From: Eubacteriales bacterium
Lineage (GTDB): Bacteria > Bacillota > Clostridia > Lachnospirales > Lachnospiraceae
Direction of reading: 5' to 3'
Length of the DNA: 64,000 bases
NCBI GenBank assembly: GCA_030536555.1
Contig: JAUNPU010000001.1
Location: 107,814-171,813 of the forward strand
Under the pieces are notes generated by a model. It had not been told where the DNA came from. It worked only from the letters and a program-made list of their open reading frames with translations, and did no database searches. The stretch's first letter is position 1. Every line of letters begins with the position of its first letter. Below are positions 21,175-30,153 of this stretch, piece after piece. Made by a program: the position numbers and the translations under genes.

Positions 21175-22395
21175 ATGAGATATCGGATTCCGGCATATTA
21201 TTACGGATTTGCCTGTACGGGAGCAGGGTGCGAGGATACCTGCTGCCGGGGATGGCGGATCGGGATCGATGATGCCAGCTACAACTACTACAGGCAGGTG
21301 CCCGGTGAGTTCGGCAGACGGCTGCGGCAGAATATTCAGACCGATGCAGGAACCGGACAGAACGGCGGACGGAGCTTTGTGCTGCACGGGCGGGACTGCG
21401 CATTTTTAAATGCGGAAGGTCTGTGCGATATCTACAGGGAGCTGGGGAAGGACCGGCTGTGCAGAACCTGTCGGACCTATCCGCGCCATATGGAGGACTA
21501 CGGGGAGCTTCGGGAGATGATGCTGTCTCTGTCCTGCCCGGAAGCAGCCAGATTGATTCTGGAGGATGACTCCCGGGGAGCCGGACGGCTGGTAGAACGG
21601 GAGACGGGGGAGCGGAGCGAAAAGGAGCGCAGCCAGGACCCGGATCCGGAGCTTCTTTCCTGCCTGATTGAGGCGAGAGAGACGATTGTCAGCCTGATTC
21701 AGGACCGTTCCGAGGGAATCTTTGAGCGGATGGCCATGGTGCTTTCCTATGCACATGATCTGCAGTATCACATGAACCGGATCCGGGAGTCCGGTTATAC
21801 CCATCCGGAGAAGCGCCGCCGCCACTGGTTTCGGCGGCTGTCAAGGCGGTATCTGTCTTCCAGGGCGGCAGCCCGGTTTTCCGACCGGCTGGAGCCTTTC
21901 CGCGGACGGGAGAAGGAGCGTCTGAGCCGCATATCCGCCTGGATGCGGGAGCTTCAGAGCCTGGAGCCGGTTCTTGGCCAGTGGGAGAAGAAGCAGGGCA
22001 GCATCTGTACCGGTCTTTACCATAAGCATTCCGGGGAGGAGTATCAGAGGCTGGAGCGATCATTTGAGGCGGAAGCCATGGAGTTTGAGCAGCAGTGGGA
22101 GAACCTGTTTCTCTATTTTATCCATACGGAGCTGCTGGGTGCCTGCTACGATGAGGACCTGTACAGCAAGGTGAAGTTCGCCGTGTTCAGTGTGCTGGTG
22201 ATCCGGGAGTGGTGCCTGTTCCGCTACTACAGGACGGGGCACATCGACAGTCAGGAGCTGGCAGCGGCGGCATACCGCTATTCCCGCCAGGTGGAGAATT
22301 CCGATGAGAATCTGGAGACGCTGGAGCAGCTTCTTCGGGAGAATCCGCTGTTTCGCCTGAAGTCCATGCTGGTGGTTCTGGTGGGAGCGGAATAA
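21175..22395 (+). CDS. Cys-rich protein of the FliB (flagellin lysine-N-methylase) family
   Basis: N-terminal F.C.G..C.DTCC.GW.I.ID motif typical of FliB-family proteins. Start at 21175 (MRYRIP); function not verifiable from sequence. Confidence 0.55.
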   Translation: MRYRIPAYYYGFACTGAGCEDTCCRGWRIGIDDASYNYYRQVPGEFGRRLRQNIQTDAGTGQNGGRSFVLHGRDCAFLNAEGLCDIYRELGKDRLCRTCRTYPRHMEDYGELREMMLSLSCPEAARLILEDDSRGAGRLVERETGERSEKERSQDPDPELLSCLIEARETIVSLIQDRSEGIFERMAMVLSYAHDLQYHMNRIRESGYTHPEKRRRHWFRRLSRRYLSSRAAARFSDRLEPFRGREKERLSRISAWMRELQSLEPVLGQWEKKQGSICTGLYHKHSGEEYQRLERSFEAEAMEFEQQWENLFLYFIHTELLGACYDEDLYSKVKFAVFSVLVIREWCLFRYYRTGHIDSQELAAAAYRYSRQVENSDENLETLEQLLRENPLFRLKSMLVVLVGAE

Positions 22396-22424
22396 AGAAA
22401 AGATAATACATTACGGGGGAGAAT

Positions 22425-22814
22425 ATGAGTATCAGAGTAGTGATTGTGGACAATGCGCCGGAGCTTTTGGATAAGCTTTCGGGGATCTTTAAAAATATGA
22501 ACGATGTGGAGCTGCTGGGCTGCTTTGAGGAGGCGGTGGCTGTCGTAGAGTTTGTGAAGGAGAATCCGGTGGACATGGTATTTACGGATATTGTGATGCC
22601 GGATATCAGCGGCATCAGTCTGGCGAAGGAGCTTCACAAGCTTAAGACACCGCCGGCGGTGGTGCTGATGTCCAGCATTCCGGGATTTTCTCTGGAGGCA
22701 TGGAAGATTCAGGCATATGGATTCCTGGAGAAGCCCTACACCCGGGCGCAGGTGGAGCAGATGATACAAAAATATCGAAAAGCTGGAAATTCTGACGATT
22801 CTGTGCTAAAATAA
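22425..22814 (+). CDS. Stand-alone response-regulator receiver domain protein (CheY-like)
   Basis: 129 aa. Acidic pocket (VVIVDN ... DMVFTDIVMPD) and a conserved K region. No output domain. Confidence 0.8.
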   Translation: MSIRVVIVDNAPELLDKLSGIFKNMNDVELLGCFEEAVAVVEFVKENPVDMVFTDIVMPDISGISLAKELHKLKTPPAVVLMSSIPGFSLEAWKIQAYGFLEKPYTRAQVEQMIQKYRKAGNSDDSVLK

Positions 22815-22867
22815 GCTCCATGCGGCAGCCGGAGCATGCTGTCGGAATACAGGAGGCAAAGAGACAT

Positions 22868-24031
22868 ATGCATATTTCAGATTCTGTTTTATATATTGGT
22901 GTTGATGATAAGACTCTGGACCTGTTCGAGAGCCAGTACCGGATTCCTAACGGGGTTTCCTACAATTCTTATGTGATTCTGGATGAGAAGGTGGCAGTGA
23001 TGGATACGGTAGATGCCAGAGCCACCGACAGCTGGATGGAGAAGCTTGACGGGGCGCTTTCCGGCAGGAAGCCGGACTACCTGATCGTATCCCACATGGA
23101 GCCGGATCACGCAGCCAATGTGGCGCGGTTTGCAGCCGCCTATCCGGAGGCGCAGATCGTGGGCAATGCCAAGACCTTCGGCATGATCGGACAGTTCTTC
23201 GACCTGGACTTAACCGACCGCAAGGTGGTGGTGAAGGAAGGGGATACCCTTGAGCTGGGACAGCACACTCTGCAGTTTTTCATGGCGCCGATGGTTCACT
23301 GGCCGGAGGTCATGGTGACCTACGAGCACAGTGAGAAGATCCTGTTCTCCGCAGACGGGTTCGGCAAGTTCGGAGCCCTGGATGTGGAGGAACCCTGGGA
23401 GGAGGAGGCAGCCCGCTACTATCTGAATATCGTCGGCAAGTACGGCGTGCAGGTGCAGGGACTGCTCAAAAAGGCAGCAGGTCTGGACATTCAGATGATC
23501 TGTCCTCTGCACGGACCGGTGCTGAAGGAGAATCTGGCACATTATATCGGGCTGTATCAGACCTGGAGTACCTATAAGCCGGAGAAGAGGGGCGTGCTGG
23601 TGGCATATGCTTCCATCCACGGCAACACGGCACAGGCGGCAAAGAAGCTGGGTGAGCTGCTTGCTGCCCGGGGAGTCAGAGCGGAGGTCATCGATCTGTC
23701 CCGCACGGACATGTCTCTGGCTGTGCGGAAGGCATTCTACTATGACCGCATGGTGGTGGCAGCGGCTACCTATGACGGCGGCGTATTCCCGTGCATGGAG
23801 GAATTCCTGCAGCACTTGAAGTCCAAGAATTACCAGAAGCGCACGGTGGGTATTATGGAGAACGGCAGCTGGGCGCCGCTTTCCGGCAAGGTGATGCGCG
23901 GCATACTGGAAACCATGAAGGAGATCGTGATCACAGAGCCGATGGTGACCATCCGGTCAGCGGTACACGCAGACACGCTGGAAGCGATGAATCAGCTGGC
24001 GGATGCAATGATGGAAGGAGATAAGGAATGA
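22868..24031 (+). CDS. FprA-family A-type flavoprotein (flavodiiron protein: metallo-beta-lactamase fold + flavodoxin)
   Basis: YIGVDD..LDLFE....P.G.SYNSY, the HMEPDH di-iron motif and a C-terminal flavodoxin-like domain (VAYASIHGNT). ATG at 22868. Confidence 0.85.
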   Translation: MHISDSVLYIGVDDKTLDLFESQYRIPNGVSYNSYVILDEKVAVMDTVDARATDSWMEKLDGALSGRKPDYLIVSHMEPDHAANVARFAAAYPEAQIVGNAKTFGMIGQFFDLDLTDRKVVVKEGDTLELGQHTLQFFMAPMVHWPEVMVTYEHSEKILFSADGFGKFGALDVEEPWEEEAARYYLNIVGKYGVQVQGLLKKAAGLDIQMICPLHGPVLKENLAHYIGLYQTWSTYKPEKRGVLVAYASIHGNTAQAAKKLGELLAARGVRAEVIDLSRTDMSLAVRKAFYYDRMVVAAATYDGGVFPCMEEFLQHLKSKNYQKRTVGIMENGSWAPLSGKVMRGILETMKEIVITEPMVTIRSAVHADTLEAMNQLADAMMEGDKE

Positions 24032-24363
24032 AGATTATTTATGCGATTGTAAGCTCTGACGACGGCAACCGTGTGACCGATGTGCTCAATGAGCACGGCT
24101 ACAGCGTCACAAGACTGGCTACCACAGGCGGCTTTCTGAAGAAGGGCAATGCGACCCTGATGATCGGTACCGATGAGGAGCGGGTGGATGAGGCAATCGG
24201 TCTGATCCGCGAAACCTGCGGCAAGCGCCAGAAGATCACCTGCGACATGCCGGCTCCCAATATCGGATCCATTTCCGCCGGATACATGATGATGCCGGTG
24301 ACCGTGGAGCTGGGCGGTGCGACCATCTTCGTGACCGACGTGGAGCGGTTTGAGAAGTTCTGA
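24028..24363 (+). CDS. darA: PII-like cyclic-di-AMP receptor protein DarA (YaaQ/PstA family)
   Basis: Strong resemblance to B. subtilis YaaQ (..VT.LATTGGFLK.GN.T.MIG..). ATGA overlap with the fprA stop. Confidence 0.85.
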   Translation: MKIIYAIVSSDDGNRVTDVLNEHGYSVTRLATTGGFLKKGNATLMIGTDEERVDEAIGLIRETCGKRQKITCDMPAPNIGSISAGYMMMPVTVELGGATIFVTDVERFEKF

Positions 24364-24370
24364 GTGACAG

Positions 24371-24405
24371 GAAGGCAGAGGCGATGGACCTCTGCCTTCT
24401 TTTTA
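24371..24405 (+). terminator. Intrinsic terminator after darA
   Basis: 11-bp stem gaaggcagagg/cctctgccttc followed by ttttt. Confidence 0.85.
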
Positions 24406-24472
24406 AATTATTCGAAAAGTTATATACAATTCGACAATTAACAATTAATAGAAAGATTTTTAATAAAAAGTG

Positions 24473-24501
24473 TTGACAAATACAGGTTCATCTGGTATTA
24501 T
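24473..24501 (+). promoter_or_regulatory. Near-consensus sigma-A promoter of an ORF-free transcription unit
   Basis: TTGACA (24473-24478), exactly 17 nt spacer, TATTAT (24496-24501). An AT-rich upstream region carries three ACAATT direct repeats. Confidence 0.55.
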
Positions 24502-24507
24502 AAAGAC

Positions 24508-25107
24508 AACAAAAAACAAGAGAGGAAAGAAAGTAAAACACAAAAGAGGATAGGGAGAATCCTCAAAGAAGAAATTCCTCAACGTGAAAGGAATTTCAAA
24601 AAAATCTAAGAAAAGGAGGTACGGACCGCCGAAATAGTTAATTAAGTTTCCACTATCACCAGAAAGATAAGGAACAGAAGTTCCAGAGAAAGTTTTAATG
24701 ATGAACTTCAACAGAGAAGTTCAAAGATAGAAATTTACATAGATAAGTTTCAACCAGTTAAAATAAAGATCAGATAGTTGGAAACAAAGGAAAAACGAAT
24801 CTACCAAGTGAACGGCCAAAGTTGATATATATAATCCAATTCAAAACGTTATCAACAAACCGAAAAGAATCGGTCAGGCTATATGACGAGAAAGTATAGT
24901 CAGGACGATAGATTTCGAACCCGGATAACAAAGAAAAAGAGTAAAATGAGTGGAGAATAAAAATACAGGTCAAGTAACAAACGTAGAGGGTACAATTTCA
25001 TAATAAAAGGAAAAACCTGAACAAGAGAGGTACAATCCAATGGACGAAGTCAATTATTGACGGATATCAAAGATCAGAACATCAATGATATCCGTCAAAT
25101 TTTGTTG
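24508..25107 (+). ncRNA. Candidate ~600-nt purine-rich non-coding RNA (identity unknown)
   Basis: Bounded by the promoter above and a 13-bp-stem terminator. The track has no plus-strand ORF of 60 aa or more. It contains a chain of short hairpins separated by A-rich linkers and has strong A/G strand bias. Confidence 0.4.
25057..25107 (+). terminator. Intrinsic terminator ending the ORF-free unit
   Basis: 13-bp perfect stem ttgacggatatca/tgatatccgtcaa with a 16-nt loop, followed by attttgttg. Confidence 0.6.
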
Positions 25108-25146
25108 TGTGCAGATCATGGAGTGCGCCGGTGACGGGTTTCCTGA

Positions 25147-26163
25147 TTATGACAGTCCTTCTAAATCAAAGGGGGGCGTGTATTCTTCTTTTGCGCTGCT
25201 TTTTTCCTGCATGAAGCCCTGATCCAGCCCAAGCTCCAAAGCAGTGTCCACCACCTTCTGGTATTCATAGCTGGTGATCCGCCGGTTCAGCTCCGGATAT
25301 TCCCTGCTTTTATAAAATGGCGTGTACTGACTCATAAGGCTGATGTAATACTGCCCTCTGGGGAGGCTGTCCGCAATCCAGTGGAGAAGCCGGATGGAAT
25401 CCTCCTTCTGACCGGGCAGGACCATGTGGCGGATGATGACACCTCTGTCCATAAGCTGAACGGGGGCGGTATCCGGCTGGAGGTGCGGGCGATCAGATAA
25501 TGTCGGAATCTCCTGGTGGAATACCGGAGCTCCGGTCTGGGCGATCATCTGGCGGATGGCGCCGGATGCCACCTCAAAGTAATCGGCTGCCCGGGAGTAG
25601 CGGGCGGACAACTCGGAGCTGTGGTACTTTAGGTCCGGAAGCCAGATGTCCACATAGTCCTTCAGGGCACTTACGGTCTCAGTCCGCTCGTAGCCGCCGC
25701 AGTTGTAGACCACCGGAATGTGAAGCCGGTGGCGGACACGGTCCAGCGCCGGCAGAATCCAGGGCAGATAGTGGGTGGCGGTCACCAGATTGATGTTGTG
25801 AGCGCCCTGATCCTGCAGCTTTAAGAAGATGTCTGCCAGCTGATCGGAGGTGAGTGCCTTGCCGTACAGCTCCTGGCTGATCTGATAGTTCTGGCAGAAG
25901 CAGCAGCGAAGGGTGCAGCCGCTGAAGAATACAGTGCCGCTGCCGCGAAATCCGCTGATGCATGGCTCCTCCCAGTGGTGAAGGGCGGCGCGTGCCGCTG
26001 TGATTCTGGAGGTGGCGCCGCAAAAGCCGGTAACCGGAGCAGGGGAGCTGTCAGCAGTGCCGACGCTTTCGTGAGGGACGGAGGCTGTCCGGTTTACTCC
26101 GCATATGCGGGGGCAGAGGCGGCAGCTTTCCATCTGTTCGTATATAAATGAAGTCTGATTCAT
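25147..26163 (-). CDS. Radical SAM protein (pyruvate formate-lyase activase-related, PflX-like)
   Basis: CRLCPRICGVNR N-terminal Cys motif plus the CTLRCCFCQNYQIS radical-SAM CxxxCxxC-type cluster motif. Confidence 0.8.
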   Translation of the reverse strand: MNQTSFIYEQMESCRLCPRICGVNRTASVPHESVGTADSSPAPVTGFCGATSRITAARAALHHWEEPCISGFRGSGTVFFSGCTLRCCFCQNYQISQELYGKALTSDQLADIFLKLQDQGAHNINLVTATHYLPWILPALDRVRHRLHIPVVYNCGGYERTETVSALKDYVDIWLPDLKYHSSELSARYSRAADYFEVASGAIRQMIAQTGAPVFHQEIPTLSDRPHLQPDTAPVQLMDRGVIIRHMVLPGQKEDSIRLLHWIADSLPRGQYYISLMSQYTPFYKSREYPELNRRITSYEYQKVVDTALELGLDQGFMQEKSSAKEEYTPPFDLEGLS

Positions 26164-26298
26164 GATTCCTCCTGAGATTAAAACTGTAATCAGTATAAAG
26201 CAGCAACGGGGGTTTTACAAGTAGCCGGTGCTGTATTTTCGTGAAATTTCATGGCAGAGTGAGAAAATTTCGAAAATTAGAGTGGCAGGAAAAGGAAC

Positions 26299-26327
26299 TT
26301 GAAAAACAGCGCGTGCTGGTGTATAAT
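26299..26327 (+). promoter_or_regulatory. Sigma-A promoter driving a structured leader/sRNA
   Basis: TTGAAA (26299-26304), 17 nt spacer, TATAAT (26322-26327), with TG immediately upstream of the -10. Confidence 0.6.
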
Positions 26328-26333
26328 CAATGC

Positions 26334-26567
26334 ATACAAAGCAGTGATGTAATTCCTGGAATGCTCGACAACCTTACCAATTTTGAACCTACATTTGTGA
26401 CATCGGGATTCCAATATTTGTGAGTGGATGTCAGGCCTCCTTTTGAGTGGAAGGCAGAAGCTTACGTGAGGTTGCCCACCTAGCAACAGCTAGGCGTCAA
26501 TAAGTAAGACCGACATTTTGGGATTACAAAAGAGAAAAGCAGCGAGAAATCGCTGCTTTATCTTTTT
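26334..26567 (+). promoter_or_regulatory. Candidate riboswitch/attenuator-type leader (or independent sRNA) upstream of AI-2E transporter gene
   Basis: A long-range helix pairs 26349-26377 with 26504-26527 (~23 bp with bulges) and encloses internal hairpins. An intrinsic terminator at 26537-26567 lies 48 nt before the start codon. Confidence 0.45.
26537..26567 (+). terminator. Intrinsic terminator at end of leader
   Basis: 8-bp stem aagcagcg/cgctgctt with a 6-nt loop, followed by tatcttttt. Confidence 0.75.
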
Positions 26568-26614
26568 GCCATTCTGTGGTAATCTATAGTCACAGAACGG
26601 AAAGGAGCAATACG

Positions 26615-27850
26615 ATGGAAAGAGATAAATACCGCAGGTATCTGTACTGGGGCGTGACGGCGCTGATTGTGCTGGCGCTGCTGGTTGCTTTTATATTTGT
26701 TGTGATCAAGTGGGACAGGGTGTCGGCTTCGCTGAAGACCCTTCAGGGCATTCTGGCTCCAATCATCTACGGTGCGGTGCTGGCATATCTGCTGACCCCT
26801 GTCTATAACCGGGTCTACAAAGGTGTGATGCGGGGAGCGGCGAAGCTGCTTCCGGAAGAGCGGGGCAGGAAGAAGCTGGCAGGTGTCTGCGGGACGCTGC
26901 TTAGCCTGGTGCTGCTGGTTGCCATCGTGGTGGGTCTGTTCTCCATGCTGATTCCGCAGCTGATCACCAGCATCCGGGGGATCGTGGAGGCGCTGCCGGC
27001 AAGCATTATGAATCTGGAAGTGTGGCTGGAAGGGATATTTGCGGACAATCCGGAGGTGGAAGCCACGGTCATGGAGTATTACGGCAAGGGCATGACCCAT
27101 ATGCAGGAGTGGCTGTCCAATGATGTGCTGCCGAATATGTACAACATTCTGACGGGACTGTCCAGCGGAGTATTCAGCCTGATCAATATGGTGATGGATA
27201 TTCTGATCGGGATTATTGTCATGGTATACCTGCTGAACATGAAGGAGCGGATGCTCACTCAGGTGAAGATGATTATCTACGGTGTATTTCCGGTGAAGGC
27301 GGCGAATAAAGTGCTGGAGGAGTTCCGGTACGTGCATCATGTGTTCGGCGGATTTATTATCGGAAAGCTGCTGGACTCTCTGATTATCGGAATCCTGAGC
27401 TTTGTGCTGCTGAGCTTCACAAGGATGCCCTACGTGCTGCTGATCAGCGTTATCATCGGTGTGACCAATGTGATTCCGTTCTTCGGACCGTTTATCGGGG
27501 CAATCCCGAGTGCATTTCTGATCCTGCTGGTGAGTCCCATGAAGTGTCTGGGCTTTATCGGGCTGATCGTGCTGATTCAGCAGTTTGACGGCAATATTCT
27601 GGGACCGATGATCCTGGGGGATTCCACGGGACTGTCAAGCTTCTGGGTGCTGTTCTCCATTCTGGTGTTCGGCGGTATTTTCGGATTCGTGGGTATGATC
27701 ATCGGAGTGCCCACCTTTGCGGTTATCTACAAGCTGGTGGCGGAGCTGGTGACATGGCTGCTTGGAAAGCGGCGGCTGTCTGCGGATATTGAGAAGTACA
27801 GCGGGCTGGACTACATTGATGAGAAGGACCATACCTATATCACAAAGTAG
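26615..27850 (+). CDS. AI-2E family transporter (PerM/YhhT-like permease)
   Basis: Eight-TM pattern and the conserved VTNVIPFFGPFIGAIP motif. ATG at 26615 follows aaaggag. Confidence 0.85.
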   Translation: MERDKYRRYLYWGVTALIVLALLVAFIFVVIKWDRVSASLKTLQGILAPIIYGAVLAYLLTPVYNRVYKGVMRGAAKLLPEERGRKKLAGVCGTLLSLVLLVAIVVGLFSMLIPQLITSIRGIVEALPASIMNLEVWLEGIFADNPEVEATVMEYYGKGMTHMQEWLSNDVLPNMYNILTGLSSGVFSLINMVMDILIGIIVMVYLLNMKERMLTQVKMIIYGVFPVKAANKVLEEFRYVHHVFGGFIIGKLLDSLIIGILSFVLLSFTRMPYVLLISVIIGVTNVIPFFGPFIGAIPSAFLILLVSPMKCLGFIGLIVLIQQFDGNILGPMILGDSTGLSSFWVLFSILVFGGIFGFVGMIIGVPTFAVIYKLVAELVTWLLGKRRLSADIEKYSGLDYIDEKDHTYITK

Positions 27851-27865
27851 GATTGAGAGGAATCT

Positions 27866-30130
27866 ATGAACAGAAGGAGAATGATCGGATGGGCGGTCGG
27901 CATACCGATGCTGGTGGTGGTGCTGATCCTCATTATAGTATTTCACGAACCGGATAAAGAGGGGATTACCAGGGCGATGGCTGCAAAGTCTGTCGCCCTC
28001 GCTGTTTCGTCGCCGGAGGAGCTGGATTCCTGGCATGAGGAGTATGGAACATCTCATTTTCCGGCGGAGTCTCTGGACCAGTGGTATGTGATTTATCTGG
28101 ATTACCTGTATGAGTCCGGGTATCTCGCTGAGGAGGAGACGCCGGCAGATGAGGCCCATGGGGAGGGATACCTGACCTATGGGGAGGCGGCGCGTATCGC
28201 CGGAAACGTATCACCGAAGCTGGAGAAGCAGGTTCCGGTGACGAAGAAGAACAGAGAGAAACCTTACCCGGCGGAGTCCTGGTGGCTGCTCTACGAATCG
28301 CTGATTCAGGAAACGGGAGCGGAGGACGGTGTGCAGCGGGAGACGCTGCTGATCTACGGGACGCCGGACAATGTACCGGAGGCAAAGGCGTGGACGGCGT
28401 ATACGAATCTGGGAAGTCTCGGATTTGCCGGACTTTCTCTGGACCATCTGATCGACCATCAGGTGAGCGCCTGGGTGCGGGGAACGGAGATCGTCCATGT
28501 GATCGAAGATCAGGGACAGGATGTGGAGTACCGGAATGTATGGCTGGCAGGCGGCGACGAGAAGGAGCTGGAGGTCTATGTGGGAGATATTACCAGACGG
28601 ATCCCGTTTCAGAAGAAGTCCGGAAAGACCGCAGAGCTGGTGGGCAATCTGGCAGATATTCGGCTGAAAAATGGTCGTGTGGCGAAGATCTCTGTGAAGA
28701 AGGAGCGCATCACCGGAAAGGTCCTGTCGGTGCAGGAACATGCGGTGGAGATCGAGGGCTACGGTGTGGTGCCGCTGGATGATGAGGCGAAGGTGTTAAG
28801 GACTTACGGGGAGCTTAAGCGTCAGGGGCTTGAGGAGATTCTGGTAGGTTACGATATGCAGGAGTTCGTGGTGGCAAAAGGGAAAATCTGTGCGGTGCTG
28901 ACCGTGCGGGACTTTCAGGCGGAGACAATCCGTGTGCTGCTGATGAGTGATGGATTTGCTGAGCTTTATCAGCCGGAGGTTTCCCTGGTTTCGCAGGGAC
29001 CGGTGAAGCTGATTCAGGGAGAAGAGGAGCAGCAGGTGGAGGCGGGGACGGTTCTGGAGTTTCTGCCGGGGGATGAACGGCTGAAGGCCGGACGTATCAT
29101 CCTGCAGCCGGAGGAGGGGCAGGAGATCAACGTCAGTTCCTTGAGCCGCGCCCAGGGAACGCCCTCCTACGGAGGAAGACTGGAACTGATCGACACGGAT
29201 CAGGGGCTGGTGCTGATCAATGAGCTGTATCTGGAGGACTACTTAAAGAAGGTGGTTCCCAGTGAGATGCCGTCCGGCTACGAGATGGAGGCGCTGAAGG
29301 CACAGGCAGTCTGTGCGCGGACCTATGCCTACATGCAGATTCAGTCCAATACATACAGCCGCTATGGTGCACATGTGGATGACAGCACCAATTTTCAGGT
29401 GTATAATAACATCAACACGGATGAACGGACCAGCCGGGCTGTGGAGGAGACTTACGGGAAGCTGCTGCTTTACGAGGGCAGTCCGATTCCTGCCTATTAC
29501 TTTTCCACCTCCTGCGGTGTGACCACAGACGGAAGCGTCTGGGGCGGGGATGCGTCGAGAACGCCGTATCTTTGCAGTGTGGCGCTGCAGCCGGGCAGAG
29601 AGAAGCCGGATCTGTCGTCGGAGGAAGCGTTTCGGGCATTTATCAAGAATACGGATCAGCCTGCCTACGATGCGGGATATCCGCTGTATCGCTGGAATGT
29701 GACCACCAGCACCCGGGTGCTGACGGAGCATATCGGCGGCGTGGGGACGGTGGAGCATATTCAGGTCACGGAGCGTGGTCCCGGCGGCGTGGCAAAGAGC
29801 CTTAAGGTGACCGGGACCGAGGGCAGCAAGACCATCCGCGGTCAGGATGCCATCCGGAAGGCACTGGGAGACGGCAGTCTCACGATCCACCGTGGCGACG
29901 GCAAGGACGTGGAGGGCTGGAGTTCTCTGCCAAGCGGATTTTTTGTGATCGATGATCTGGGGACGGCTGAGAATGGCCGGCATCTGTTCCAGATCTATGG
30001 AGGCGGCTTCGGACACGGAGCCGGCATGAGCCAGAACGGTGCCCAGGGGATGGCGAAGAGCGGGATCGGATATGAGGAGATTCTGAAGTTCTTTTATGAG
30101 GGAGTAAGCGTGGAGGAAATTGCAGGATAA
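27866..30130 (+). CDS. SpoIID/LytB-domain protein (large, N-terminal membrane anchor)
   Basis: The C-terminal half carries SpoIID motifs (AQAVCARTYA, DDSTNFQVY, YFSTSCG, GFGHGAGMSQNGAQGMA). The N-terminus has a TM segment. Confidence 0.8.
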   Translation: MNRRRMIGWAVGIPMLVVVLILIIVFHEPDKEGITRAMAAKSVALAVSSPEELDSWHEEYGTSHFPAESLDQWYVIYLDYLYESGYLAEEETPADEAHGEGYLTYGEAARIAGNVSPKLEKQVPVTKKNREKPYPAESWWLLYESLIQETGAEDGVQRETLLIYGTPDNVPEAKAWTAYTNLGSLGFAGLSLDHLIDHQVSAWVRGTEIVHVIEDQGQDVEYRNVWLAGGDEKELEVYVGDITRRIPFQKKSGKTAELVGNLADIRLKNGRVAKISVKKERITGKVLSVQEHAVEIEGYGVVPLDDEAKVLRTYGELKRQGLEEILVGYDMQEFVVAKGKICAVLTVRDFQAETIRVLLMSDGFAELYQPEVSLVSQGPVKLIQGEEEQQVEAGTVLEFLPGDERLKAGRIILQPEEGQEINVSSLSRAQGTPSYGGRLELIDTDQGLVLINELYLEDYLKKVVPSEMPSGYEMEALKAQAVCARTYAYMQIQSNTYSRYGAHVDDSTNFQVYNNINTDERTSRAVEETYGKLLLYEGSPIPAYYFSTSCGVTTDGSVWGGDASRTPYLCSVALQPGREKPDLSSEEAFRAFIKNTDQPAYDAGYPLYRWNVTTSTRVLTEHIGGVGTVEHIQVTERGPGGVAKSLKVTGTEGSKTIRGQDAIRKALGDGSLTIHRGDGKDVEGWSSLPSGFFVIDDLGTAENGRHLFQIYGGGFGHGAGMSQNGAQGMAKSGIGYEEILKFFYEGVSVEEIAG

Positions 30131-30153
30131 CAGGATAGGAGAGCATATGAGAG

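Noticed and set aside
24671-24684. GGAACAGAAGTTCC resembles the Firmicutes LexA/DinR SOS box (GAAC-N4-GTTC)
   Set aside because: It lies ~165 nt inside the putative transcript rather than at a promoter. The flanking consensus positions mismatch, and no SOS-type gene is nearby. It is more simply explained as one of the RNA hairpins.
24905-24925. gatttcgaacccgg resembles a tRNA T-arm (GGTTCGAATCC)
   Set aside because: No acceptor, D or anticodon arms can be built around it. I could not assemble a tRNA cloverleaf anywhere in the window.
24460-24973. Minus-strand ORFs 24460-24711 (83 aa) and 24770-24973 (67 aa) inside the purine-rich region
   Set aside because: Their F/L/P/Y-rich translations simply reflect the pyrimidine-rich complement. 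They have no RBS, and they run against the promoter/terminator polarity of the region.
26424-26465. GAUGUCAGGCC...GGAAGGCAGAAGC resembles the SRP RNA domain IV motif (GUCAGGUCCGGAAGGAAGCAGC)
   Set aside because: The strictly conserved GGAA tetraloop helix is interrupted by an ~11-nt insertion. No Alu or closing helix of SRP type can be drawn, and the transcript boundaries do not fit an SRP RNA.
26334-26567. Tried to assign the leader to T-box, SAM, TPP, FMN, purine, lysine, glycine, c-di-AMP, M-box, ykkC, ZTP and cobalamin classes
   Set aside because: None of the hallmark conserved sequences (for example the T-box AAnnnGGGUGGnACCGCG, TPP CUGAGA/ACCUGA, or SAM GCCCGAUGAA-type cores) are present. 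Its identity is left open.
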